64,000 bases of DNA from positions 36,588 to 100,587 of the forward strand of contig NZ_CAADXO010000012.1 in the NCBI RefSeq assembly GCF_900753045.1, in the 5' to 3' direction. Position 1 is the stretch's first letter, and the number at the start of each line of letters is the position of its first letter. The notes below the pieces were generated by a model. It had not been told where the DNA came from. It made no database searches and saw only the letters and a list, made by a program, of their open reading frames with translations. Source of the DNA: an uncultured Phascolarctobacterium sp. GTDB lineage: Bacteria; Bacillota; Negativicutes; Acidaminococcales; Acidaminococcaceae. A program made the position numbers and the translations under genes. Positions 45,348 through 53,821 of this stretch are shown here, piece after piece.

Positions 45348-46002
45348 AAAATGCACTATTGAGGAACTAAAACCCATTGAAAACGGTGAAACTCTCACTG
45401 AGACAATACCGTGCTAAGATTTTGGAGGAAATGTGAATAGATGAACAAAACTAATCATTATAGAGGTGCAGAAAATCCACAGTATAAATATGGTGCTGGT
45501 GTCTTTGTTAGAAAAAGGACAGAGATAAAAGAACGTATTGGTAAATGTGAACGCTGTGGTAAAGATTTGACTAATGCAGGACATTATGAGTGGTGTGTGC
45601 ATCATAAAAACCATAACCATTATGATAACACTGAGGGTAATTATGAGTTATTATGCAAGAAGTGCCATCAATTAGAGCATCAATGTGTAAAGAATATCCC
45701 TAAATCATATGAAAAAGTATGTGAACTCTGTGGAGATACCTTTACTGCAAAAGCACATAATCAAAAATATTGCCCTGGCTGTCTCAAAGTCCAACGAAAT
45801 ATGCGCCGATATAGAAGTTTTGAGCAAATAAAAGCATATATCCTTCAAAATAAAGTGTAACGACTATTCCGTAAGGAAGTACAGCACAAGCTAATGGTGC
45901 TGGAAGTGGTGGGCATTGATGATATAGTCTATTCTCATAGGTGACTATGAGCAGTTTCTTAGAAAACGCTTGGGGACTTGCGAACCCTAGGGAATAATTA
46001 AG
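45348..46002 (+). mobile_element. Group I self-splicing intron in the DNA polymerase gene
   Basis: 5' exon ends ...TTCCTT. An internal guide candidate GAGGA 13 nt downstream can form P1 with a U-G pair at the splice site. The intron ends in G (..TAAG). Joining 45347 to 46003 restores ...TFIYAFL|YGAGDKAIG..., matching T7 ...TFIYGFLYGAGDEKIG. Confidence 0.7.
45441..45860 (+). CDS. Intron-encoded HNH homing endonuclease
   Basis: Zn-finger-like CERCGK and an HNH core HHKNHNHYDNTEGNYELLCKKCHQLEH. Own RBS GGAGGA. Confidence 0.8.
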   Translation: MNKTNHYRGAENPQYKYGAGVFVRKRTEIKERIGKCERCGKDLTNAGHYEWCVHHKNHNHYDNTEGNYELLCKKCHQLEHQCVKNIPKSYEKVCELCGDTFTAKAHNQKYCPGCLKVQRNMRRYRSFEQIKAYILQNKV

Positions 46003-46512
46003 TATGGTGCTGGTGATAAAGCTATTGGTAAACAGCTTGGTGGGGATGAAAAGGTTGGCAAGCAGGTAAAGAACAAATTCCTGAAGGCTACCCCTGCTAT
46101 CAAGATGCTGCGTGAAGCTGTCAAGAATACACTCGTGGTTGAGTACCACGGAAAAATTAAAGAATGGAAACGAAAATATTTAAGAGGGTTGGATGGCAGA
46201 CATCTCCATGTGAGAAGTCTACATTCAGCTCTCAATTTGCTTTTACAGTCCTGTGGTGCATTGATATGTAAAAAATGGATATGCCTATGGGAAGAAAACA
46301 TGATTAAAGCTGGCTATGACCATGGAAAAGATTTTCAATTCATGGCATGGGTGCATGATGAGGGGCAAGTAGCTTGCAGAACCGAAGCTATTGCTGAAGA
46401 AGCTGTGAGAATTGCCCAAGAATCTATGAGACAAACACAAGAATATTATGGAATCAGATGCCAATTAGATACCGAGGGAAAGATTGGTAAAAATTGGTAT
46501 GATTGCCACTAG
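46003..46512 (+). CDS. DNA polymerase (T7 gp5 family), exon 2
   Basis: YGAGDKAIGKQLGG...LRGLDGRHLHVRSLHSALNLLLQSCGALICKKW...AWVHDEGQVACRTE...QLDTEGKIGKNWYDCH aligns with the T7 gp5 C-terminus (...MGPNWAICH). Confidence 0.8.
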   Translation, partial: YGAGDKAIGKQLGGDEKVGKQVKNKFLKATPAIKMLREAVKNTLVVEYHGKIKEWKRKYLRGLDGRHLHVRSLHSALNLLLQSCGALICKKWICLWEENMIKAGYDHGKDFQFMAWVHDEGQVACRTEAIAEEAVRIAQESMRQTQEYYGIRCQLDTEGKIGKNWYDCH

Positions 46513-46518
46513 GAGGTT

Positions 46519-47154
46519 ATTACAATAAAGATATTAGTAGCATGTGAAGAAAGTCAACGTGTAACCATTGAGTTACGTAAGTTAGGGCATGAAGCCTATA
46601 GTTGCGACATCATCCCTTGTAGTGGGGGGCATCCTGAATGGCACTTGCAGCAGGATGTTATCCCATTGTTGAAAGAGAAGTGGGATATGATTATTGCTTT
46701 TCCACCTTGTACCTATTTCACAACAGCAGGTGCATGTCGCATGTTTCATAAAGTAGAGGGTGTTAGCATCCTGGACGAAGAACGCTATGCTAATGCTATG
46801 AAGATGAAAGCATTGTTTTTAGCTATCTATGAAGCAGATTGTCCTTATATTTGTATTGAGAATCCTACTCCTATGAAAGTGGTAGGACTTCCTCCTCATT
46901 CACAAGTTATTCAACCCTATCAGTTTGGGCATCCGTGGAGCAAAAGAACTTTATTATGGTTAAAAGGTCTTCCACCTTTGAAGGCTACATGTGTGGTTGA
47001 ACCCACAATGGGAAGTTGGGTTAATGGTTCAGCAGATGCCTACAAGAAAGCTAATGGAAAGCACAATGGCAAAAGTTCTGCTATTGAGCGTAGTAAGACC
47101 TTTGAGGGTATTGCTAGAGCTATGGCAGAGCAATGGGCAGGAAAGAATGTTTAA
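46519..47154 (+). CDS. C5-cytosine-methyltransferase-fold protein with a degenerate SAM motif and no target-recognition domain
   Basis: The frame is open from the DNA pol stop with no ATG/GTG/TTG before the TTG at 46645. Homology to C5-MTases, as I recall their motifs, starts at 46528: KILVACEESQ at motif I (FxGxGG expected), FPPCTYFTTAG at motif IV (PCQ), ICIENP at motif VI (ENV), and HPWSKRT at motif VIII (QxRxR). A conservative CDS would be 46645..47154. Confidence 0.5.
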   Translation: MTIKILVACEESQRVTIELRKLGHEAYSCDIIPCSGGHPEWHLQQDVIPLLKEKWDMIIAFPPCTYFTTAGACRMFHKVEGVSILDEERYANAMKMKALFLAIYEADCPYICIENPTPMKVVGLPPHSQVIQPYQFGHPWSKRTLLWLKGLPPLKATCVVEPTMGSWVNGSADAYKKANGKHNGKSSAIERSKTFEGIARAMAEQWAGKNV

Positions 47155-47533
47155 CATCCCCACTCTACTCTTAGTCATATGCACCGCCTATACCCCTGCC
47201 TTGGACGAATGTGGGAAGACCGATGGCATTACAGCAAGTGGACACCCTGCAATCATGGGGCAAACAGTAGCCTGTGATGGACTACCTCTAGGAACTGAGG
47301 TGGTTATTGATGGTCACAGCTACATTGTTCAGGACAGGTTCGGCGGTGATTATGGTAAGACAAAAATTGATATATTTATGAACACTAAAGCAGAAGCCTT
47401 TAGGTTCGGAAGACAAACAAAAATTGTGGAGGTAAAGCCTTATGTCGAAACAAAAGCAACCTTTTGTGCCAAAGATTGGTCAGAAGGTCTATATCAAACG
47501 TCAGAACTCCTTAGGAGAACCTATCTATTTTGA
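47147..47533 (+). CDS. 3D-domain (MltA/RlpA-like) cell-wall-binding protein with an N-terminal signal anchor
   Basis: LPLGTEVVIDGHSYIVQDRFGGDYGKTKIDIF matches the 3D domain pattern (GT.V.I.G...D.GG...IDIF). Its C-terminal 92 nt overlap the next ORF in another frame. Confidence 0.5.
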   Translation: MFNIPTLLLVICTAYTPALDECGKTDGITASGHPAIMGQTVACDGLPLGTEVVIDGHSYIVQDRFGGDYGKTKIDIFMNTKAEAFRFGRQTKIVEVKPYVETKATFCAKDWSEGLYQTSELLRRTYLF

Positions 47534-47657
47534 GGGTGAGGTAACAAGAATCCGTGTGGAAGTTAAGTGTAAGCAAGGTAGTTTCAGAACTGTAGCTTCA
47601 CCTCATACTTTAGAGACCAAAGCAAAAGGTCTTGTAGCAGGAGGTGACCTGTTCTGA
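47442..47657 (+). CDS. Hypothetical protein (71 aa)
   Basis: Strong RBS GGAGGT 8 nt upstream. Its stop overlaps the thyX start (TGATG), suggesting translational coupling. Confidence 0.5.
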   Translation: MSKQKQPFVPKIGQKVYIKRQNSLGEPIYFEGEVTRIRVEVKCKQGSFRTVASPHTLETKAKGLVAGGDLF

Positions 47658-48277
47658 TGGTAAGTGCTAAGCTTATCTCTATCACCCCTAACTACATGGA
47701 GGTATTGAAGACTGCTTGTAGTCAACCCTATGGTAAAGATGTTACTGAAAAGTCTATCAAGAAAATTATTGAGAGTGGACATCTTAGTGTCTTGGAGCAT
47801 TGCTCTGCTTCTTTTTTGGTTACGTGTAGTGTACGTGTCTTAGGACAACTCACGAGACATCGCCACCTCAGCTTCACCTGTAAATCTGCTCGTGGTAGTG
47901 TCTTTGATACCTGCATTATTCCTGATGGTATGTATGATTTTGCTAAAAAGCATGGCGTACCTAAAGAAGTTATTGATTCTATGATTGATAAGCATCCTAT
48001 GCTTCATGCCTACAAAGAATGTATTGCTGATGGTCTTAGTGAGCAGGATGCTGCCTATTTTTTACCACAGGGCGTTGAGACATCCTTGGTAGTAACAGGT
48101 AATTTTAGAGCATGGCATGAATATTTGCCTAAGCGTTTATGCAAGAGAGCTATGCCGGAGCATAGAGAGTTGGCTATGGCTATTCAAAAATGCTTGGCTG
48201 ATGCTGCACCTGAAATCTTTGATAAAAACTTTATGAACTGTAAGCACTGTACTGAAAGGAGCTGTGATTTTAAATGA
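47657..48277 (+). CDS. thyX: Flavin-dependent thymidylate synthase ThyX
   Basis: ThyX signature RHRHLSFTCKSAR (RHR-x7-S-x-R) plus the N-terminal HLSVLEHCSASF motif, 206 aa. Confidence 0.8.
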   Translation: MVSAKLISITPNYMEVLKTACSQPYGKDVTEKSIKKIIESGHLSVLEHCSASFLVTCSVRVLGQLTRHRHLSFTCKSARGSVFDTCIIPDGMYDFAKKHGVPKEVIDSMIDKHPMLHAYKECIADGLSEQDAAYFLPQGVETSLVVTGNFRAWHEYLPKRLCKRAMPEHRELAMAIQKCLADAAPEIFDKNFMNCKHCTERSCDFK

Positions 48278-48411
48278 TAATGCAGCTGGGAAAATGCTTT
48301 ATGTATGCTCTTATCATTCTTATCTTATTTATCCTTTTCTACAGTCTTTTTGTGGGTGGCGTACTTGCTATGCTTCACCTGCTGATGGAGGTATTTAATC
48401 TTGGCTTCTAA
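48274..48411 (+). CDS. Small single-pass membrane peptide (45 aa)
   Basis: MIMQLGKCFMYALIILILFILFYSLFVGGVLAMLHLLMEVFNLGF. Its start overlaps the thyX stop (ATGA) and its 3' end overlaps the exonuclease start. Not in the ORF table (under 60 aa). Confidence 0.35.
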   Translation: MIMQLGKCFMYALIILILFILFYSLFVGGVLAMLHLLMEVFNLGF

Positions 48412-49174
48412 ACCTTTACATCTGCTCTTTGATGCTGACATGATTGTCTTCCGCACCTGTGCAGCAGCAGAGCAGGAAATTAATTGGTATGGTGACCTGT
48501 GGACACTACACTCTGACTTAGCAGAGGTTAAGGATGCTATTGACACAATGATTGTCAGTATCACCGATAAAGTCCTGCGTCACATGGAGCACGAGGGAGC
48601 TTATACCATTACCATGTGCTTCTCCTGCTACCCCTACTTCCGCTCTAAAGTCTATCCCCCCTATAAGCTCAATCGTGTAGCTAAGAGAAAACCTCTTGCC
48701 TACCATTCTGCTGTTGAGTGGGTAAAGAAAAACTATAATGTGTTGTCTATCCCAAGCCTTGAAGCTGATGATATTTTAGGTATCTATGGGACAATGCCTG
48801 ACACCTCTGCTGTTATTATCAGCGGTGACAAGGATATGCGGTCTATCCCCTGTCCTTTTTATAACTTCATTCAGGACACATTCCATAAGACAACACAAGA
48901 AGAAGCTGACTATCAGTTCTTATATCAGACCCTTGTTGGTGATGTTACTGATAACTACAAAGGTTGCCCTAAGATTGGTGAGGTTGGAGCAAAGAGAATC
49001 CTAGACAAAGACTGCTCATGGGATGCTGTGTTAGCTGCTTATGAGAAAGCAGGTTTGTCTGAGGAAGAAGCACTGACACAGGCGAGGGTTGCTCGTATTC
49101 TCAGATATGAGGATGTTGATGCAGACCTTAAGCCTATCCTTTGGACACCCAAAGGGTCACAAAAGAGACAATAA
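48401..49174 (+). CDS. 5'-3' exonuclease (T7 gene 6 / FEN family)
   Basis: LLFDADMIVF, YKLNR, EADDILG, SGDKD, and the H3TH region LVGDVTDNYKGCPKIGEVGAKRIL. TTG start 8 nt after GGAGGT. Confidence 0.85.
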   Translation: MASKPLHLLFDADMIVFRTCAAAEQEINWYGDLWTLHSDLAEVKDAIDTMIVSITDKVLRHMEHEGAYTITMCFSCYPYFRSKVYPPYKLNRVAKRKPLAYHSAVEWVKKNYNVLSIPSLEADDILGIYGTMPDTSAVIISGDKDMRSIPCPFYNFIQDTFHKTTQEEADYQFLYQTLVGDVTDNYKGCPKIGEVGAKRILDKDCSWDAVLAAYEKAGLSEEEALTQARVARILRYEDVDADLKPILWTPKGSQKRQ

Positions 49175-49197
49175 AGTAAAGGGGCATATAAGCGACA

Positions 49198-49416
49198 ATG
49201 AATATTAATATTGTATCTAATAAAGGGGATGATGGAGAAAAACTACCATATGTAAACCCTGTAATTTATGAACATTTAGAGAGAGCCTACAGTCTTGGTA
49301 GCCTTATGACACACAATGCCAAAAACAATGACGAGTTAATTGGATATATTAGGGGCGTTATGGATGTGCTGGGGCATATCAAGGCTATGGCTAACTTGAA
49401 TGATGATGAGGAGTGA
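49198..49416 (+). CDS. Hypothetical protein (72 aa)
   Basis: Sits at the position of T7 gene 6.5. Confidence 0.4.
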   Translation: MNINIVSNKGDDGEKLPYVNPVIYEHLERAYSLGSLMTHNAKNNDELIGYIRGVMDVLGHIKAMANLNDDEE

Positions 49417-49420
49417 TAAG

Positions 49421-49609
49421 ATGTGCTGGAAGATTAAGACCCCCAGCGTAAACACTGATGTATCTGCATCCTCCTTAGTACCGGAAACCAATGCTAAAGA
49501 CCCTGATAGTCCTGAGTATGGTGGTACTGCTGATACCTTTAACAAGAAAAAAGGTAGACAACAACTGACGATTGCTCGCAATGGCGTGTACAATCCTACT
49601 CAGTTGTAG
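49421..49609 (+). CDS. gp6.7-like small virion protein
   Basis: N-terminus MCWKIKTPSVNTD... against T7 gp6.7 MCFSPKIKTPKMDTN; RBS GAGGAG. Confidence 0.55.
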   Translation: MCWKIKTPSVNTDVSASSLVPETNAKDPDSPEYGGTADTFNKKKGRQQLTIARNGVYNPTQL

Positions 49610-49621
49610 AAGGGAGGAACT

Positions 49622-49801
49622 ATGTGCGGTAAAAAACCAAAAGTACAACAAGCTGCTCCTGCTGCTGCCCCTGTTGCAGCACCCTTGAAGATTGATAATG
49701 TGGCTGAGGATACCAAAAAAGGAAATCCGAACGCTAAGACCAAGGGCAAGAAAAAGCTTACCATTACTCAGATTGGTAGCGGTACAGGGGTGAACCTTTA
49801 A
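49622..49801 (+). CDS. Small basic Ala/Lys-rich protein (59 aa) with an MC- N-terminus like gp6.7
   Basis: MCGKKPKVQQAAPAAAPVAAPLKIDN...KGKKKLTITQIGSGTGVNL. Strong RBS AGGGAGG; its stop overlaps the portal ATG (TAATG). Not in the ORF table (under 60 aa). Confidence 0.4.
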   Translation: MCGKKPKVQQAAPAAAPVAAPLKIDNVAEDTKKGNPNAKTKGKKKLTITQIGSGTGVNL

Positions 49802-51348
49802 TGGCAGAGACAGCAAAAGCTTTATATGAGCGATTGGCTATTGAGCGTGAGGTGTATATTGATAGAGCTGAGGATTGTGCAAAATATACAATCCCTTTTT
49901 TATTTCCGAAAAAAGAAGCTAATGGTACTACTAAGTACCCTACGCCCTACCAAGCGGTAGGTGCAAGAGGTGTCAACAACCTCACTTCAAAGCTGGTATT
50001 AGCTCTGTTCCCTCCAAACACACCCTTTTTCAGACAAGACATCCGAGATGATGTCCTCAAATACTATGAGAGCAAACCTGAAGACAAACAAGAGATAGAG
50101 CAAGCATTAGTACAAAGAGAACAAACGGCTCAGAAATACTTTGAATCTTCACAGATGCGTGTCTCCATGGAGGTGTGTCTGAAACAGCTTATTATAGCTG
50201 GTAATGCTTTACTGTTCTTCCCTCCTAAAGAGGGTGGCATTAAAGTCTATAAGCTGAATAGTTATGTGGTACAAAGAGATTTTGTGGGACATCCTATTCA
50301 GATGATTACCTGTGACAAACTTGCTATCAATACTCTGCCCTATGAGGTCTTAGGACAACTAGATATTGATTTGTCTACCAAACGTGGTGATGAATTGGTT
50401 GAGGTCTATACCCATATCACCTATTCGTCCAAAGACAACAGATATTATAGTTACCAAGAGATTGAGGGTAAACAGATTGATGGCTATGAGCAGTCTTTCC
50501 CTGCTGATGTTTGTCCTTGGATTCCTGTCCGTCTCTTTAAGATGGATGGTGAACATTATAGTCGCTCGTATGTTGAGGAATATATTGGTGACTTAAAGAC
50601 CTTAGAAGGTCTCTCTAAAGCCATTGCAGAGATGTCTGCTATTGCTGCTTCTGTAATCTACCTTGTGCGCCCTAATGGTGTGACACAGCCTAGCAAGATT
50701 ATGAAGACAAAAAATGGTGGCTTTGTAACAGGTAACAAGGAAGATGTTACTTGCCTGTCGCTGGACAAGACACAAGACATGCAGATTGCCAAAATGACAG
50801 CTGATGCTATCGAAAGCAGATTGTCTTATGCATTTATGCTAAATTCTGCTGTCCAACGTAGTGGCGAACGTGTAACGGCTGAGGAAATCCGCTATGTGGC
50901 TAATGAGTTAGAAGACACCTTAGGTGGTATCTATTCTATTCTGTCGCAAGAATTGCAGCTCCCCTTGGCTAACACACTTTTGAATATCCTTTCCAAAAAA
51001 GGTGAAATCGCTGATGTCCCCAAAGATATTGTGTCTCTTGCCGTAACTACAGGCATGGAAGCTATCGGACGTGGACATGACCAACAGAAGCTTACTGTCT
51101 TTATTCAGGGCATTGCTCAGATTCCTGATGCAGCATCTGTTGTGAATTGGGAAGGTGTCGCTCGTGCTTGGGCAAATAGTTGTAATCTTGATACCACAGG
51201 TTTAATTAAGACTGCCGAACAAATTCAGCAGGAACAACAACAAGCACAAATGATGGCAATGGCACAGGCTGCTGTACCTAATGCAACCAAAGGTGCTATG
51301 GATGCCATGAATCAGCAAACACAAGGAGGTAGTGAATCTAATGGCTGA
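49801..51348 (+). CDS. Head-to-tail connector (portal) protein, T7 gp8 family
   Basis: Extensive collinear similarity to T7 gp8: ...YTIPFLFPK..., TPYQAVGARGVNNL, SYVVQRDFVGHPIQM, RSYVEEYIGDLKTLE, AFMLNSAVQRSGERVTAEEIRYVANELEDTLGGIYSILSQELQLPL. Confidence 0.92.
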   Translation: MAETAKALYERLAIEREVYIDRAEDCAKYTIPFLFPKKEANGTTKYPTPYQAVGARGVNNLTSKLVLALFPPNTPFFRQDIRDDVLKYYESKPEDKQEIEQALVQREQTAQKYFESSQMRVSMEVCLKQLIIAGNALLFFPPKEGGIKVYKLNSYVVQRDFVGHPIQMITCDKLAINTLPYEVLGQLDIDLSTKRGDELVEVYTHITYSSKDNRYYSYQEIEGKQIDGYEQSFPADVCPWIPVRLFKMDGEHYSRSYVEEYIGDLKTLEGLSKAIAEMSAIAASVIYLVRPNGVTQPSKIMKTKNGGFVTGNKEDVTCLSLDKTQDMQIAKMTADAIESRLSYAFMLNSAVQRSGERVTAEEIRYVANELEDTLGGIYSILSQELQLPLANTLLNILSKKGEIADVPKDIVSLAVTTGMEAIGRGHDQQKLTVFIQGIAQIPDAASVVNWEGVARAWANSCNLDTTGLIKTAEQIQQEQQQAQMMAMAQAAVPNATKGAMDAMNQQTQGGSESNG

Positions 51349-52093
51349 TACTGAAAACCAAAATACACAGGTTAATGAAGAACCTAAGGAAACACAGGTA
51401 GATATTACCGATACTACTATTGTTTCCAATGGTGAAGTAATTGATACTGCTAAAGATGAAGGTGGCAATGGTGAGGAAGAAACCACCACTGATGAAAAAG
51501 ACACCAAAGAAGAAAAAGAAGACAAACCTGCTGAGGAGCAGGAGGAGTACCAAAAAGCTAAGGGCGAGATTGAATCTGCCAAGACTGAGCTGGAAGGTAA
51601 AGGCATCGACTATGCTGCCTTAGAAGCTGAATACAATGAGAAGGGTGAGTTGTCTGAAGACAGCTATAAGCTGTTGGAAGAAAAAGGCTACCCTAAAGCT
51701 CTTGTAGAAGCAGCTCTTGCAGGTTGGCAAGCTAAGGCTGATGCTTTTGCTAACAAGATTATTGAGGATGCAGGTGGTATCAATGAGTACAAGCGCATCC
51801 AAAAATTCGTACAGTCCCAAGGTAAAGGTGCTGTCAGTGCCTTCAATGCTATTGTAAACAAAGATGATTTGTCTGTTGTGTCTGCTTACATTGCAGGTGT
51901 AAAGGCTCAAATGGTAGCGCAACATGGTACTGCTAATCCTACTTTGGGTGGTAGTGGTAACGTGGGTAAATCCAAAGGCTATACTGATGCCAATGAGATG
52001 ATTAAGGCTATGAGTGACCCACGCTATGGTAAAGACCCCAACTATATGCAGGAAGTAGAGCGTAAAGTAGCTGCTTCTAAATTCTTCGGTTAA
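51341..52093 (+). CDS. Capsid scaffolding protein (T7 gp9-like)
   Basis: Highly acidic, coiled-coil-prone protein at the gene-9 position. Start MADTEN after GGAGGT. Confidence 0.65.
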   Translation: MADTENQNTQVNEEPKETQVDITDTTIVSNGEVIDTAKDEGGNGEEETTTDEKDTKEEKEDKPAEEQEEYQKAKGEIESAKTELEGKGIDYAALEAEYNEKGELSEDSYKLLEEKGYPKALVEAALAGWQAKADAFANKIIEDAGGINEYKRIQKFVQSQGKGAVSAFNAIVNKDDLSVVSAYIAGVKAQMVAQHGTANPTLGGSGNVGKSKGYTDANEMIKAMSDPRYGKDPNYMQEVERKVAASKFFG

Positions 52094-52109
52094 GACAAAA
52101 ACGTCAATC

Positions 52110-52140
52110 CCCTCCCTAGCTGGAGGGTTATTTTTTTTTA
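52110..52140 (+). terminator. Hairpin plus T-run immediately upstream of the capsid gene
   Basis: CCCTCC-CTAGCT-GGAGGG followed by TTATTTTTTTTTA. Confidence 0.4.
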
Positions 52141-52166
52141 TTCAAAATTATTAAAGGAGTGATTTA

Positions 52167-53180
52167 ATGGCTGATATGATTATTGCCAACCCCGGTCTTG
52201 CACAATCTGATAAAGGCAAAGACCGCTTAGGTTTATTTCTGAAAATGTTTACCGGTGAAGTTCTCACCGCTTTCTCTCAATCCACTATTACCGGTGGTCG
52301 CTTCTCTGAGCGTACTATTGAACATGGTAAGTCTGCTATCTTCCCGATTGTAGGTCGTGCAAAAGCTAAGTACCTGAAAGCAGGTAAGAACTTGGATGAC
52401 CTGCGCACCCCCATTGAGCACAATGAGCGCACTATCGTGCTGGATGGTCTGCTGACCTCTGACTGCATGATTTTTGATTTGGATGAAGCTATGAACCACT
52501 TTGAGCTGCGTTCTAAGTATTCCAAGGAAATGGGTGAAGCGTTGGCTGTTGCTCAGGACTGTGCTATCTTGGCTGAAGTAGCTAAGATGATTGTAGCAGA
52601 CAAAGAGAATCTGCCTACCAATGCTACTACTGGTGTCAAAGGTACTGGCAAGGGTCTGATTGTCACCGAGACTGTGGCAACCGCTGACTATGGCGAGACT
52701 GAAGCTATGGGCGTAGCTATCTTTAAGGAACTGTTGAAAATCAAGACCAAAATGTCTGAGAACAATGTTCCGCTGGCAGGTCGCAACTGCTATATTAAAC
52801 CGATGGCACTCAATGCACTGATTGCCAACAAAGACATCATCAACAAACTGTATGGTGCTTCTATGACCATTGAGGGCAACAACCCTCCGAAACTGATTGG
52901 TTTTGATTTGATTGAAGCTCCCCTGCTGACCGAGGGTGGTGTAGATAACGAGAATGTTATGCAAGGTGATGGTCATGTATTCCCTACTACCTACAAAGAC
53001 ACCTGCCAATTCATTGTGGCACATCCGTCTTCTGCTGGTATCTTGACCCTCAAAGGTCTTGGTATGGAACATGCTCGCCGTCCTGAATATCAGGCTGACC
53101 AAATTATTGCTAAGTATGCAAAAGGCTTTGGTGGTCTGCGCCCTGAAGCAGCCTTCATGGGTGTTGTAACTCAGGCTTAA
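52167..53180 (+). CDS. Major capsid protein, T7 gp10 family
   Basis: LGLFLKMFTGEVLTAF, ...GKSAIFPIVGR..., NLDDLRTPIEHNERTIVLDGLLTSD...EAMNH, and the C-terminus ...EYQADQIIAKYAKGFGGLRPEAA closely parallel T7 gp10A. Confidence 0.92.
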   Translation: MADMIIANPGLAQSDKGKDRLGLFLKMFTGEVLTAFSQSTITGGRFSERTIEHGKSAIFPIVGRAKAKYLKAGKNLDDLRTPIEHNERTIVLDGLLTSDCMIFDLDEAMNHFELRSKYSKEMGEALAVAQDCAILAEVAKMIVADKENLPTNATTGVKGTGKGLIVTETVATADYGETEAMGVAIFKELLKIKTKMSENNVPLAGRNCYIKPMALNALIANKDIINKLYGASMTIEGNNPPKLIGFDLIEAPLLTEGGVDNENVMQGDGHVFPTTYKDTCQFIVAHPSSAGILTLKGLGMEHARRPEYQADQIIAKYAKGFGGLRPEAAFMGVVTQA

Positions 53181-53198
53181 TTTTAAACTACTAACCTT

Positions 53199-53230
53199 AG
53201 GGGATGGCGTATGCTGTCCCCTATTTTTTC
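53199..53230 (+). terminator. Late terminator after the capsid gene (T7 T-phi analogue)
   Basis: AGGGGATGGCGTATGCTGTCCCCT followed by ATTTTTTCT. Confidence 0.5.
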
Positions 53231-53251
53231 TAAAAATGAAAGGAGATGTCA

Positions 53252-53821
53252 ATGCAACTAACAGCGTTAACTGAACTTGATGCAGTCAATAGTATCATTG
53301 GTACTATTGGTGAAGCTCCTATCAACAGTCTTGAAGAAATGACAGATGTGGATGCTATTAATGCCTTACGTATCCTGCGGAATATCAGCAGACAAGAGCA
53401 GTCACGAGGATGGACTTTTAACAAGACACCCCACTTCACCCTTAACCCTGATGTAGACACCAAAAAGATTCCATGGAACAGTAACTACTTGTATCTTAAG
53501 GATAACCATGGTGTCAAACTCGTTAGACAAGGTGACTATGTGAAAGACCTGTTTAAAGACACATTGATATTTGAGCAGCCTTTAGATGTAGAGATGGTGC
53601 TTTATCTTGATTTTGAAAACTTGCCGGAGCAGATGAGAAACTATATCTTAGCTAAGGCATGTTTTATCTTCCAAAGCTCCTACTTTGGTGATGATAGTTT
53701 GACCAAGGTTACCCAGCAGGAGATTGCTGAAGCATGGCAACATCTGATGGAATTTGAGGTAGACAATAACAGCTACTCTATGCTGGAGCATACCTATGTG
53801 CATAAGCTGAGATTGAGGTGA
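53252..53821 (+). CDS. Tail tubular protein A, T7 gp11 family
   Basis: [22 protein letters not shown]...[20 protein letters not shown] against T7 [22 protein letters not shown]...[20 protein letters not shown]. Confidence 0.85.
   Translation: [189 protein letters not shown]

Noticed and set aside
45348-45363. Premature stop in DNA polymerase suggesting a pseudogene
   Set aside because: The interruption lies exactly at a group I intron-like boundary with an HNH ORF inside. The downstream frame restores T7-like sequence precisely, so an intron is more parsimonious than decay.
46105-46512. 135-aa ORF treated as an independent gene
   Set aside because: It is the ATG-initiated tail of DNA polymerase exon 2. 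Homology to T7 gp5 extends upstream to 46003 in the same frame.
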